From an uncultured Streptosporangiaceae bacterium (GTDB lineage Bacteria; Actinomycetota; Actinomycetes; Streptosporangiales; Streptosporangiaceae), in NCBI GenBank assembly GCA_964581815.1, contig CAZORE010000010.1, forward strand, positions 34,385 to 98,384: a DNA stretch of 64,000 nucleotides. The letters are read 5' to 3'. Numbering within the stretch: position 1 is the stretch's first letter; each line of letters begins with the position of its first letter. Below are positions 28,623 through 38,609 of this stretch, one piece after another. The notes under the pieces were generated by a model that did no database searches, was not told the origin of the DNA, and worked only from the letters and a program-made list of their open reading frames with translations. Both the position numbers and the translations under genes were made by a program.

Positions 28623-29063
28623 TCAGGGAATGTCCGGCTGGGCGAGTCGCTTCATGACTTCGTGCCAGTGCGCCTCGACTGACTCGCCGAGCCCTCGGAA
28701 GGCGCGCTCTAGCAACCGCATCTGAGAAGCCGTCAGTTGCGCCTCAAGCTCCGCCCCCGCGGAGGTCACGGAGAGGCGCCGGACTCTTCGATCCTGGAGG
28801 TCGCTGGTGATTGAGAGCAGGTCGCGCTCCTCCAGGTCCTTGATCGGACGATGGATGGCCTGCTTCGTTACCTCCAGGACGGCCAGCAACTCGCCGATGG
28901 AGATACCCGGGTCGCGCCGGACGAAGTAGAGGATCCGATGGTGGGTTCGCCCGAGTCCGCGTGCGGCGAGGATCTTGTCTGGTAGCGCCGTGAAGGCGCG
29001 GTAGCCGAAGTACAGCTCCTCGATGGCGCGGCGCAGCGAGACCTCCCGCTCTGGGTCAACCAT
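28623..29063 (-). CDS. MarR-family regulator
   Basis: GLGRTHHRILYFV..DPGISIGELLAVLEVTKQAIHRPIKDLEERDLL...DRRVRRL. Confidence 0.9.
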   Translation of the reverse strand: MVDPEREVSLRRAIEELYFGYRAFTALPDKILAARGLGRTHHRILYFVRRDPGISIGELLAVLEVTKQAIHRPIKDLEERDLLSITSDLQDRRVRRLSVTSAGAELEAQLTASQMRLLERAFRGLGESVEAHWHEVMKRLAQPDIP

Positions 29064-29114
29064 CTTGACCTACCTCTCGCCCGCGCGCATAATTACGGCA
29101 ACCAGATTGACCTA
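29054..29114. promoter_or_regulatory. Two operator-like boxes CAACCA-NN-TTGACCTA
   Basis: Copies 29057-29072 and 29099-29114; the first lies in the palindrome GGTCAA-N5-TTGACC over the MarR start, the second abuts the aminotransferase ATG. Confidence 0.65.
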
Positions 29115-30239
29115 ATGTCGGGATCTCTTGCCATGTTCTCCGATCGTATCGACGGCCTGCGGCCGTCACCGATTCGTGCCATCCTGAGCGTGATTGATCG
29201 CCCAGGCATGGTTTCATTTGCCGGCGGCCTTCCGGCCACCCAGACACTGCCGCGCTGGTCAGGGACGATTGCCCCGGAAACGCTGCAGTACGGGCCGAGT
29301 GAGGGTGAGCCGAGCTTGCGAGCGGTGGTGTCAGGCCAGCTCCGCCGGCTGGGCCTAGATGCCCCGCCTGAGCGCGTCATGATCCTCAGCGGGAGCCAGC
29401 AGGGTATTGACCTGGTGGCGAAGCTCTTCATCGATCCGGGAACCCTGACGGCAGTCGAGTTCCCCACCTACCTCGCCGCGTTGCAGGTCTTCCGCTTCGC
29501 CGGCGCGCGGTTCGTCGATGTACACGCGGAGGAGGCGAGGGAAGCCCGTCTTGCCTACGTGATACCCACCTTCAGCAACCCGACCGGATTGTGCGCCACC
29601 AGCGCGGAGCGGGATGCGCTCGCTCGTATGTGCCTCGACACGGGCATCACGTTGTTCGAGGACGACCCGTACCGCGAGCTGGCCTATGACCCCTGCGACC
29701 GCCGGCCGATAGCGGCGCGCATGGCCGGCGGCTCATGGGTGTATCAGGGTTCCTTCTCCAAGACGTTCGCGCCTGGGCTGCGGCTGGGCTTCCTCGCTGC
29801 ATCCGACGATCTATTCGCGCCCCTTGTCCTGCTCAAGCAGGCGGTTGACCTTCACAGCTCTCGCCTTTCCCAACTCATCGTGCACGATGCGGTAACCGCC
29901 AGCGGCTGGACCGCGCGCCTGGATGAGCTCGTCACCTTCTACCGGACCCGCCGTGACTCTTTCGAAGAGATCCTGGGTCATCACTTCAGTAATCTCGCGC
30001 GGTGGAGCACGCCAAGCGGCGGCCTGTTCTACTGGCTTCGATTGCACGACGAGGTGGACACCCGGACCATGCTCGACGAGGCAATCGCCCGAGATGTTGC
30101 CTTCATGCCTGGCGAAGAGTTCTATCCGAACGAACCTGACCTGGGGACGATGAGGCTGAACTTCAGTCATGCCGATGCCAGCGAAGCCGACCGAGGGCTC
30201 CGCGTCCTCGCAGGTCTGATCCGCGAACATCGACCATGA
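29115..30239 (+). CDS. PLP-dependent aminotransferase class I/II (LysN/2-aminoadipate-transaminase-like)
   Basis: SFAGGLP, LQYGPSEGE, SGSQQGIDL, YVIPTFSNPTG, EDDPY, GSFSKTFAPGLRLG (PLP Lys). Confidence 0.9.
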   Translation: MSGSLAMFSDRIDGLRPSPIRAILSVIDRPGMVSFAGGLPATQTLPRWSGTIAPETLQYGPSEGEPSLRAVVSGQLRRLGLDAPPERVMILSGSQQGIDLVAKLFIDPGTLTAVEFPTYLAALQVFRFAGARFVDVHAEEAREARLAYVIPTFSNPTGLCATSAERDALARMCLDTGITLFEDDPYRELAYDPCDRRPIAARMAGGSWVYQGSFSKTFAPGLRLGFLAASDDLFAPLVLLKQAVDLHSSRLSQLIVHDAVTASGWTARLDELVTFYRTRRDSFEEILGHHFSNLARWSTPSGGLFYWLRLHDEVDTRTMLDEAIARDVAFMPGEEFYPNEPDLGTMRLNFSHADASEADRGLRVLAGLIREHRP

Positions 30240-30300
30240 CCGACCGAGGGTTACTCTCCCCGGCGCCCGGCCGGCGGCATGACGATGAACCTGGGGCGGG

Positions 30301-32118
30301 CTACTGGTAGGCCCGGGCCTGGAGGGTGAACAGTTCGGCGTAGAGCCCGCGGGCGGTCATGAGCTCACGGTGGGTGCCGTATTCGGTGAGCTGCCCGTGG
30401 TCGAGGACGGCGATGAGGCCGGCCATGCGCACGGTGGAGAAGCGGTGGGAGATGAGGACGGTGATGCCGCCGCCTTCCCGTCCGGCTTGCGCGGCGGAGG
30501 ACGCGTAGCGTTCGAACAGGTCGTGCTCGGCGGAGGCGTCGAGGGCAGCGGCGGGCTCGTCGAGGATGAGCAGCAGGGGATCGCGCCGCATCAGGGTGCG
30601 GGCCAGGGCCACCGTCTGCCACTGGCCGCCGGACAATTCCATACCGTCGGCGTAGGAGTGGCCCAGGTACCCGTTCAGTCCGCCGGGGACCGCGCGCAGG
30701 ACCCGGCCCGCGCGGGCCTTTTCCGCGGCCGCGCGGACCGCCTCGGTGTCGTCGGCGCGGGCGATGTCGCCGTGCCCGATACTCATCCCGAGGGTCAGCT
30801 CGATGCGGTGGAAGTCCTGGAACAAGGGGGCCACGCGGGAGCGCCAGCTGGCGGGGGCGAGCCCGGCCAGGTCCTGCCCGTCGATGAGGATCCGTCCGCT
30901 GGTCGGCTGGTAGAGGCCGCATAGCAGCTTGACGAGGGTGGACTTGCCTGCCCCGTTCTCGCCGACCAGGGCCAGGACCGACCCGGCCGGGATATCCATC
31001 GAGACCCCGGACAGCACGGGCCGCTCCGCGCCCGGGTAGGTGAACGAGACGTCCTCGAGCGTGATCCCGCGGGTCAGCCTGCCCGGAACGCCTGCGGGGT
31101 CCGCCGCGTCCGCAAGAGCGGCGCCTGCGGAAGGCGCGAGAGCCGCGGGAACCGCGGCGGCGACCGCCCGCAGGTCGCCGATCCGCTCTACTGTCCGCGC
31201 GGCGACCTGTAGCAGCGACAGAGCGCTGAGCGTGCCGGAGATCTGCACGCTCACCTGCACCGCGAGGGTGATCACGAGCACCAGGTCGCCAGCGGAGGCG
31301 TGCCCGTGCAGCGCGCGGTACAGCTCGCCCACGACGGCACCCGCGTAGCCGAGGGCGAAGAACCCCTGCCCGGCCGCCCGGTACACGGCGGCTTTGAGCT
31401 GGGCCCGCCACATCACGGTGGTCACCTCGTCCCAGGCATCCCGCTGACGCCGCAGGATCTCGTCTTCGGCGCCGAACAGCCGCAGCTCCCTGACCGGCGC
31501 GGTGCTGGTCGCGAGCTCAAGCAGGTGCTTGGCGAGCCGGAGCCGCTCGGCTGTCCGTTTCCTGGCGTCCTCCACGGTGGACTGCGCCGTCCGCTCGAAG
31601 ATCACCGGGACCACGGCGCACAGCGGCAGGACCGTGGACAGGGGGCTGACCATGACAAGGAGGGCGATGGTGATGATCATCTGCAGCAGCAGGCCGGTGA
31701 GCTGCAGCACTCCCTCCAGGGACTGGGACGTGACGAACAGGCCGTCGCGGACCAGGTCCACGTTGTCGGCGACATCGGGCCGGTCAAGGTGATCGATCTG
31801 GGGCGGCCCGTTCACCAGGTCCATGAGCTCACCGCGCAGCCGCATCTGCTGCGCCTCCGTCACCCGGACGAGATCCAGGTGGCAGAAATGGCCGAGCATG
31901 ATCTGGGCGGTGAGCGCGACCGAGGCGAGCACCGCCGCGGCCAGCGCGGGCCCGGCGCGATGGGCCAGCGCGTCGTCGGTGAGGTCGCGCAGCGCCAGGG
32001 CGGCCAGCGGCGCGGCGACGTAGAGGGTGACCGCGAGCACCGTCGCGCGCAGTAGCCGGGCCGCGTCCACCCGCAGCCCCAAGGCGAACAGGAAGCGCGC
32101 CGCCCGGAAAATTCTCAT
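30301..32118 (-). CDS. ABC exporter half (TMD + NBD)
   Basis: GENGAGKST, LSGGQWQ, ILDEPAA, SHRFST; ATG 32118 overlaps the upstream stop. Confidence 0.9.
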   Translation of the reverse strand: MRIFRAARFLFALGLRVDAARLLRATVLAVTLYVAAPLAALALRDLTDDALAHRAGPALAAAVLASVALTAQIMLGHFCHLDLVRVTEAQQMRLRGELMDLVNGPPQIDHLDRPDVADNVDLVRDGLFVTSQSLEGVLQLTGLLLQMIITIALLVMVSPLSTVLPLCAVVPVIFERTAQSTVEDARKRTAERLRLAKHLLELATSTAPVRELRLFGAEDEILRRQRDAWDEVTTVMWRAQLKAAVYRAAGQGFFALGYAGAVVGELYRALHGHASAGDLVLVITLAVQVSVQISGTLSALSLLQVAARTVERIGDLRAVAAAVPAALAPSAGAALADAADPAGVPGRLTRGITLEDVSFTYPGAERPVLSGVSMDIPAGSVLALVGENGAGKSTLVKLLCGLYQPTSGRILIDGQDLAGLAPASWRSRVAPLFQDFHRIELTLGMSIGHGDIARADDTEAVRAAAEKARAGRVLRAVPGGLNGYLGHSYADGMELSGGQWQTVALARTLMRRDPLLLILDEPAAALDASAEHDLFERYASSAAQAGREGGGITVLISHRFSTVRMAGLIAVLDHGQLTEYGTHRELMTARGLYAELFTLQARAYQ

Positions 32119-34052
32119 GCCACCTCCTCGCCGGCGAACCGCCGTGCCTGCAGCCCGAACAGTTCCGCGTACTGCCCGCCCGCCGCGATCAGTCCTTCGT
32201 GGCTCCCCTGCTCGGTGATCAGCCCGCCGTCGAGGACCACGATCCGGTCCGCGCGCCGCACCGTGGAGAACCGGTGGGAGATGACCACCGTCGTCAGCCC
32301 GCGGGTGAGCTCCAGGAACCGGTCGAAGAACGCGACCTCGGCGCGGACGTCCAGCTGCGCGGTCGGCTCGTCCAGGACGAGCACCGAAGCGCCTGCCTGC
32401 ACGGCGAACAGGGCGCGGGCCAGGGCGATCCGCTGCCACTGCCCGCCCGACAGGTCCACCCCCCTGGAGTACCGGCTGGACAGGATGGTCGCCAGCCCGT
32501 CCGGCAGCGCCGCGGTGACCTCGGCGGCCCCCGCCCACTCGATGGCACGGGTCAAGGCCTCCGTGTCCCCCAGGTGCCCGGGTGCGCCGAGCCCGATGTT
32601 GGCGGCCACGTCAAGCTCGTAGCGGACGTAATCCTGGTAGATCACCGCCAGGCGCCGCTGCCAGGACCGGGCCTCGATCTCCTCCAGGGCGACCCCGTCC
32701 ACCGTGATGCGCCCGCCGGTGGGCTCGTACAGCCTGGCCAGCAGCTTGACCAGGGTGGTCTTGCCCGCCCCGTTCAGTCCCACGATCGCGGTCGAGGTGC
32801 CCGCCGGGAACCGCAGGTCAAGGTCTCGTAGCACATTCCGGCCGCTGCCCGGGTAGGCGAAGCTCACCTTCTCGAACGCGATACCGGAGACGGGCACCGG
32901 TCCGGCCGGCCGGCCGCGAGGCCGCAGGGGGCCCGGCGGGCGCGGCGCGACGGCCCGTTCGACCTCCAGCATCGAGTCATGGGCCCGCATACCGTCCAGG
33001 GTCTGGTCGGCCTCGGGGAAGTACACCCCGAACCGCAGCACGATGATGACCCCCTGCAGGGCCAGCGACAGGCCAAGCACGCTCAGCCCGCCACGGCCGG
33101 CGATGTCACGCAGCATGACCAGCACGGCCGCGGTCCCGGCCAGCACCACCAGGCTGTATACCGTGACCGGCACCAGGCGGATCCGGCGGCGGGCGCGCCA
33201 CAGCGGGCGCAGGTAGGAACCGGATTCCCGCCTCCCCCGCTCCCGCCACCACGGCAGCGTCCCCAGCACCCGGATCTCCTTGGCGGCAGCGAGCGAACTG
33301 CCGGTGTCGAGGACGTAGTACGCCCTGCGCCGGGCCGCCGCCGACCGGCTCCTGAGTATCAAGTACCGGGCCTGAATGCCCCGCTCCCCGAACCGGGCGA
33401 CGAGCGCCGCCGCCGTGATCACCAGCGCGGCCACCGGGCCGAGCACCACCCCGGTCATCACCACGCCCCCAGCGAGTTGCGCGTACCGGGCGACCAGCGC
33501 GATCAGCCCCGCAACGGCGGCCCCCGGCGTGGCGGTGTACTCCGTCAGCCCCCGGCGGGAATCACTCAGGTCGTCCAGGACATCCGGCTGCTCAAGCAAG
33601 GCAGCCGGGGCCTCGGTGAGGGTAACCCGCATGAGCCTCCGCGCGCATGCCCCGTCCACCCGCCGGCTGATCAGTTCGGTGAACGCGGCCTGGAATGGCG
33701 AGAGGACCGATTGCAGCAGCAGCGAGGCCACCGCCAGCCCCGCCGCGAGCAGGACCCCGCCCCAGATACCGCTCCCGCCCCCCGCGACGCGCCCGATGGC
33801 AGCGCTAGTGCCGATCACGAAACCCAGGGGCAGCAAGCCGATCACCAGATTGAGCGCGATCGATGCGAGAGCAACCCGGCCCGCCACGGGAAGCAGCGCG
33901 ATGATCGACCACCAGCTCCGCCAGCGCTTCCGCCGCCACCTGGCCCAAACCGCCCAGCGGGCAGCCGCGGCACAGAAGGCGCTCGGAGGTCTCCCGGGAC
34001 GTGAGAGGGAGGGTTCCTCATGCGGTGGATCGAATCGCCGGGACTGGGACAT
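32115..34052 (-). CDS. ABC exporter half (TMD + NBD)
   Basis: GLNGAGKTT, LSGGQWQR, VLDEPTA, SHRFST. Start uncertain (ORF open to 34118). Confidence 0.88.
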   Translation of the reverse strand: MSQSRRFDPPHEEPSLSRPGRPPSAFCAAAARWAVWARWRRKRWRSWWSIIALLPVAGRVALASIALNLVIGLLPLGFVIGTSAAIGRVAGGGSGIWGGVLLAAGLAVASLLLQSVLSPFQAAFTELISRRVDGACARRLMRVTLTEAPAALLEQPDVLDDLSDSRRGLTEYTATPGAAVAGLIALVARYAQLAGGVVMTGVVLGPVAALVITAAALVARFGERGIQARYLILRSRSAAARRRAYYVLDTGSSLAAAKEIRVLGTLPWWRERGRRESGSYLRPLWRARRRIRLVPVTVYSLVVLAGTAAVLVMLRDIAGRGGLSVLGLSLALQGVIIVLRFGVYFPEADQTLDGMRAHDSMLEVERAVAPRPPGPLRPRGRPAGPVPVSGIAFEKVSFAYPGSGRNVLRDLDLRFPAGTSTAIVGLNGAGKTTLVKLLARLYEPTGGRITVDGVALEEIEARSWQRRLAVIYQDYVRYELDVAANIGLGAPGHLGDTEALTRAIEWAGAAEVTAALPDGLATILSSRYSRGVDLSGGQWQRIALARALFAVQAGASVLVLDEPTAQLDVRAEVAFFDRFLELTRGLTTVVISHRFSTVRRADRIVVLDGGLITEQGSHEGLIAAGGQYAELFGLQARRFAGEEVA

Positions 34053-34372
34053 TGCTCCCCTGATCAGGCAGGACGGCCCGGCGCACAAGAAACACGCGAG
34101 TGGCGGCCGGCGGGACACTGGTCCGGCGGTATGTCCTGCACTGACCCCAGCGGGGCAGGCAATAAGGCCGCGGTTACGACAACCGCGATACCGCCGCTAA
34201 GCGGCGGTGACAGCGAAGCAGCCCATGCAACCCATGCCGTCACCATAGCCGACAGTCGCCTAAGCGCACGATGCCCTGGAGACGGGCGATACGGCCGTGT
34301 CAGGAGGGCTAGGACGATTCTTAGCTTCCCGCTAAGATTTGAGGCTCTGACTGGTCCATGAAGGGGTGGGCG

Positions 34373-34828
34373 ATGACCAGTCGCGTGCTAGTTAGCGACG
34401 TAATGACGGCGTTTCCCGCTTACCTGCGGCTCGGGGCGACGATCCGGCGGGCAGCTGAGATGCTCAGCGTTTCCGAGGTCGGCCATCTGATGGTGCTGGA
34501 TCATGACGGCCGGTTTGCCGGCTCGCTGTCCGAGGAGGACGTGGTGCGAGCCATGCTGCCCAGCTTCGGAGACGTGACCGCCGGCGGAGGCACGCTCGCG
34601 GACGCGTTCCGCATTTTCCTTGAGCGGGGCCGCACTCTCGCCGACCGTGTCATCGATCCTCTCGTCGTGCGCGACGCGGCGACGGTCCGGCCGACCGACG
34701 AACTCGCCCGGGCAGCGATCGTGATGATCGACCGCGGGATCCGGAGACTTCCCGTGATCGATGACGGTGCCCTGGTAGGCACGCTGTCCCGGGCCGACCT
34801 GTGCCGTGCGGTGATCTACCATTCCTGA
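34373..34828 (+). CDS. CBS-pair protein
   Basis: VSDVMT...AAEML...GHLMVLD...GSLSEED / AAIVMIDRGIRRLPVIDDGALVGTLSRADL. Confidence 0.88.
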   Translation: MTSRVLVSDVMTAFPAYLRLGATIRRAAEMLSVSEVGHLMVLDHDGRFAGSLSEEDVVRAMLPSFGDVTAGGGTLADAFRIFLERGRTLADRVIDPLVVRDAATVRPTDELARAAIVMIDRGIRRLPVIDDGALVGTLSRADLCRAVIYHS

Positions 34829-34877
34829 AATCCGGCTGCGCCTCCACGATCGCCACACCCGCGAAATCAGCCACCGG

Positions 34878-37800
34878 GTGTGCACGCTGCCGGCGACCCT
34901 CGGCCGCGACAGCGGCACCGCGTCGGTGGTTCTTGACGATACCGATGTCTCCCGGCGGCACGCGCGGATCGAGATGGCCGGCAACGAGCTGGTGGTGGTT
35001 GACCTTGACAGCACCAACGGGACTTATGTCAACGACAAGCTCGTGAAACGCCACGTCCTCGTCCCCGGCGATCGAGTGCGCATGGGACGGTACGAGGTGT
35101 CGTGGTCCTTCATTGACTCGAGCTCGACGAGACTCGTCGACCCGGGCCAGTTGACCGCCGCGCGGCGCGTCGCGACCGGGGGCGTGGCGGCCCGGCGCGT
35201 GGTGGAGGCCGCGGAAGCGCACAACAAGCAGGCCGGGCACGAACTTGACGGCTTCCTGTCGCTGGAGCACGGTTTTCTGCCCGCTGAGCAGCCGCTGCTC
35301 GCCTTCCCGGAATCGCACCGGGCCTGGGACGACATGACCGATCAGCTCCCAGACCTGTTCCGGCGGCTGTCCCTGCGCCGGGCGTTCGATGCGATGCCAG
35401 TGCTGGATGCCGCGCCGACGGCCTTGCCTGACCGGTACCTGCTGCGCGCATCGACTTTGCTCGGGGTATTCGCCCACGCCTATCAGTACATGGCGATCGA
35501 TCCGCCGCCCGTGCTGCCGGATTCGCTGCTGCGACCGTGGCGGACCGTTTCGCGCCGGCTCGGCAAGAAGATCCCGGCCGTCTCTTACATCGACCTGTTC
35601 TTCTACAACTGGCGGCTGCGCGACCCAGCAGGCCCGCGGATGCTAGACAACATGGACCTGCTGGTGCCGACCTGGAACAACGCGGCTGAGCGGGTCTTCT
35701 ACCTGGTGACCACTGAATTCGCGATGGGCCTGACCCCGGTCCTTGGCGCCATGCTGAACGCCCAGGAGGCCGTGGTCGCCGACGATCCGGTGGCCCTGGA
35801 GGGAGCGCTGCTGGCCATCCTCGACCAGTTGCAGTACGTGACCCGCACCATTTACCCGCAGATTGATCCCAACCTGCGGGGCAGGTACGCACTCGACCAG
35901 GTGCTGTGGGCCAAGACGGTCGGCACCGCCGGGGTCCCGATCTTCGATGGCGCGCCCAGCCCGAGCGGCACCGCGCAGCCGCAGATCCACGCACTGGACG
36001 CGTTCCTCGAGCGCCAGGACTTCGCGTCGGTCGTCGGCCAGCAGAGCGTCTACCTCGCCGGGTTCTTTCCGCGTCACTGGCAGGAACTCGTGGCCGCCCT
36101 GCGCGAGGTGTCGGTACGCCAGTACATCGAGCGCACCCGCAGCAGCACCTTGCGCGGCGTCTACAACGCGATGCTCGACGCCTACCTGGGCGACCGCGGC
36201 TGGATGGGACTGCACCGAGTCAAGGCGTACGGCTTCCTTGAGGTGGCGTTCAAGGTCGGCCGGCAGGTGACGACCGGCGCCCGGTTCACGGGACTGTTCA
36301 AGGACCGGACCTGGGACAAGGTCGACGACGAGCTGGCCTTTGTCCGCGAAGAGCGCCGACCGCCGGTGGGTCCGCCCGTCGTGTTCGGCACCGCTCGCCG
36401 GGGCCGCGTGGTGACCGCGGAATCTGGTGCCTGGACCGGTTACCTGGACATCGACGTGAGCGGGCAAGGGGTATACCACCTGCCCGGTGACCGGGTCGGC
36501 GTGCTGGCCGAGCACGACCAGGACCTTGTGCACCGCACGGTCGCCGCGCTGCAGGCGACCGGCGACGAACTCGTACGGCTGACTCCGGAATGGAAGGCGG
36601 CGGTCGCCTGCCGGGATGGGTACGGCGAAACCGACGTCCTGCCGCTGCGGACGTTGCTGTCCTTTGCCCAGCTCCGCCCGGTCACTCGCGCGGTGGCGAA
36701 ACGACTGGTGAAGCTGACGGCCGTCGGCGCGTGGCAGCGAGTGGTGGACGCCCGGATGGAGGATCAGTGGGAGCTGTGGGACGTCCTGAACCTGCTGCAC
36801 GCGGGGGGATATGACGTCACCCGGCTATGGAAGGCCGATCCCGGCGAGGACGACGCCTTCTGCGCGGTGATCCCGCCCGAGCCCTTCCGGCTGTACTCGA
36901 TCGCCTCGGCGGCGCCGCCCAGCCAGCCCGCCACCACGCTCCGGCTGGTCGTCGCCGGCCTGAGCTACTCCTCCGCCCAGACGCCCTGGTCATATCCGCG
37001 CGAACGGCAGGGAACGGCTTCGCATTTCCTGCGCCGCGCGAGCGCCGACGGCCGCAGCCGGCTGTCGCTGCAGATCGTCTCCGCCCCGCGGTTCCGGCTG
37101 CCCGCCGATCCCGCGACGCCCGTCGTGATGTTCGCGGCCGGCTCGGGAGTCGCCCCCTTCCTCGGATTCATCGCCGCGCGCACCGGTTCCGGTGAGAACC
37201 GGCTCTACCTGGGGATCAGGACACCAGAAGAATTCGCGGTGCAGGCAGACCTGGACGCAGCGGCCGCCGCGGGCCGGCTGAACCTCAGCGTCGCCTTCTC
37301 CCGCGCCGATGCCGCGGTCAGTTTCGACGGCCAGCGCCACGTTGTCCAGAGCGGGCAGCGGCGCCGGGTCGACGACGTGATCCGCGCCGAGGCAAGCACC
37401 CTCTGGGACCTGCTGCGCCCCACGGACGAGGGCGGACGCGGTGCCTTCGTCTATGTGTGCGGCACCGCCCGGTTCGCGGTCGCCGTGCGCGAGGCACTGG
37501 CCGCCATCGTCCCTGGCGACGGCGCGGAATTCCTCCGCCAGCTGGTGGCCGACGGACGGCTCGGCGAGGACGTCTTCACCACCTATCTCGGTCACGCCCA
37601 GCAGGGTCGTCGCTTCGAGGTATCGGAACTGGCCACCCACAACGCTCCCGGCGAGCCCTACTGGATGGCGATCGGCGGCGCGGTATTCGACGTCACCGAA
37701 TTCCAGCACCTGCACATCGGCGGGGCGCACATCGTCCGCAACCACGTCGGCCTCGACGCGACCGCCGCGTACCGGAAGGTCCTGCACCACGCGCACTCCG

Positions 37801-38609
37801 AAATCGACGCCCAGCTGGCCATGTATGAGATCGGGCATCTGCGCAGGCTTGACTTTGGCGACCGCTGGGGTGTGGTTCTCACCGAAGACGGCCTGCACGC
37901 CATGGCGCTCGAGGAGCTGTTCCGGACCTGGGTGCGGTTCGTGTACCTGCTGGTCGGCATGGAGAACGCGCTGAACGCTGACTACGCGTTCACGACGACG
38001 GTGAGCACCCTGGGGGAGGACGCCAAGGAACTGACGCCCTTCAAGGCGCAGTACGTCATCGAGTCGCACCGGCGGTTCCTCATCAGCTACCTCGACGGCG
38101 TGCTCAACGACGACCTGCGCACCCTGTGGCAGCTCACCGTCGGATTTTGTGAGCCGGGCCTGGACATCCGGTCCTTCGACACCGACCTCGCCGCCGTCTT
38201 GGCACGCCCGGAAGTCGCACTGGTCCGTCGTTCCGTCGGCTCCGTCAAGGAACAGTTGCTCACCGAGGAGGACTTCAGGCGGGTCGCGGCGATGTGCCGC
38301 AGCTACGCGCGCATCGACGTCCAGCTCCTTCGCGACCTGAAGAACGCCGTGCTCGAGGGAATCCGCGCCTTTGAGACGCACGAGGCCGATGTCGTCGAGC
38401 GGGCCGGAGCCACCGTGCTGAACGCGGCGCGCCAGACGCTCGATGTGGTGTCGGCGTATTACCAGCGCCTGGCCGAGTACACGCGCGGCCATGGCATCGC
38501 GGCCGGCGACGCGGTCGAGGAGGTCATCCCGGCCGACCGGGGCATCCCGGGGCACGGCGGCCCGCTGCCTCTTCCCGACTCGATCACCGTTCAGAAGGAG
38601 ACTCCGTGA
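34878..38609 (+). CDS. Fusion: FHA + indoleamine 2,3-dioxygenase-like heme domain + FAD/NADPH reductase + cytochrome b5 + unknown helical C-terminus
   Basis: FHA: GR, SRRH, DLDSTNGT. IDO-like: LLGVFAHAY, PWRTVSRRLG, YIDLFFYNW, GTAQ, GLHRVKAY. Reductase: PGDRVGV, RLYSIASA, GTASHFL, MFAAGSGVAPFLGF, YVCG. b5: VFDVTEF..LHIGG..DAT..Y..VLHH. Confidence 0.82.
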   Translation: MCTLPATLGRDSGTASVVLDDTDVSRRHARIEMAGNELVVVDLDSTNGTYVNDKLVKRHVLVPGDRVRMGRYEVSWSFIDSSSTRLVDPGQLTAARRVATGGVAARRVVEAAEAHNKQAGHELDGFLSLEHGFLPAEQPLLAFPESHRAWDDMTDQLPDLFRRLSLRRAFDAMPVLDAAPTALPDRYLLRASTLLGVFAHAYQYMAIDPPPVLPDSLLRPWRTVSRRLGKKIPAVSYIDLFFYNWRLRDPAGPRMLDNMDLLVPTWNNAAERVFYLVTTEFAMGLTPVLGAMLNAQEAVVADDPVALEGALLAILDQLQYVTRTIYPQIDPNLRGRYALDQVLWAKTVGTAGVPIFDGAPSPSGTAQPQIHALDAFLERQDFASVVGQQSVYLAGFFPRHWQELVAALREVSVRQYIERTRSSTLRGVYNAMLDAYLGDRGWMGLHRVKAYGFLEVAFKVGRQVTTGARFTGLFKDRTWDKVDDELAFVREERRPPVGPPVVFGTARRGRVVTAESGAWTGYLDIDVSGQGVYHLPGDRVGVLAEHDQDLVHRTVAALQATGDELVRLTPEWKAAVACRDGYGETDVLPLRTLLSFAQLRPVTRAVAKRLVKLTAVGAWQRVVDARMEDQWELWDVLNLLHAGGYDVTRLWKADPGEDDAFCAVIPPEPFRLYSIASAAPPSQPATTLRLVVAGLSYSSAQTPWSYPRERQGTASHFLRRASADGRSRLSLQIVSAPRFRLPADPATPVVMFAAGSGVAPFLGFIAARTGSGENRLYLGIRTPEEFAVQADLDAAAAAGRLNLSVAFSRADAAVSFDGQRHVVQSGQRRRVDDVIRAEASTLWDLLRPTDEGGRGAFVYVCGTARFAVAVREALAAIVPGDGAEFLRQLVADGRLGEDVFTTYLGHAQQGRRFEVSELATHNAPGEPYWMAIGGAVFDVTEFQHLHIGGAHIVRNHVGLDATAAYRKVLHHAHSEIDAQLAMYEIGHLRRLDFGDRWGVVLTEDGLHAMALEELFRTWVRFVYLLVGMENALNADYAFTTTVSTLGEDAKELTPFKAQYVIESHRRFLISYLDGVLNDDLRTLWQLTVGFCEPGLDIRSFDTDLAAVLARPEVALVRRSVGSVKEQLLTEEDFRRVAAMCRSYARIDVQLLRDLKNAVLEGIRAFETHEADVVERAGATVLNAARQTLDVVSAYYQRLAEYTRGHGIAAGDAVEEVIPADRGIPGHGGPLPLPDSITVQKETP

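Noticed and set aside
32115-34370. RiPP cluster around the ABC exporter pair
   Set aside because: No precursor peptide, radical SAM, YcaO or lanthionine synthetase gene was found nearby.
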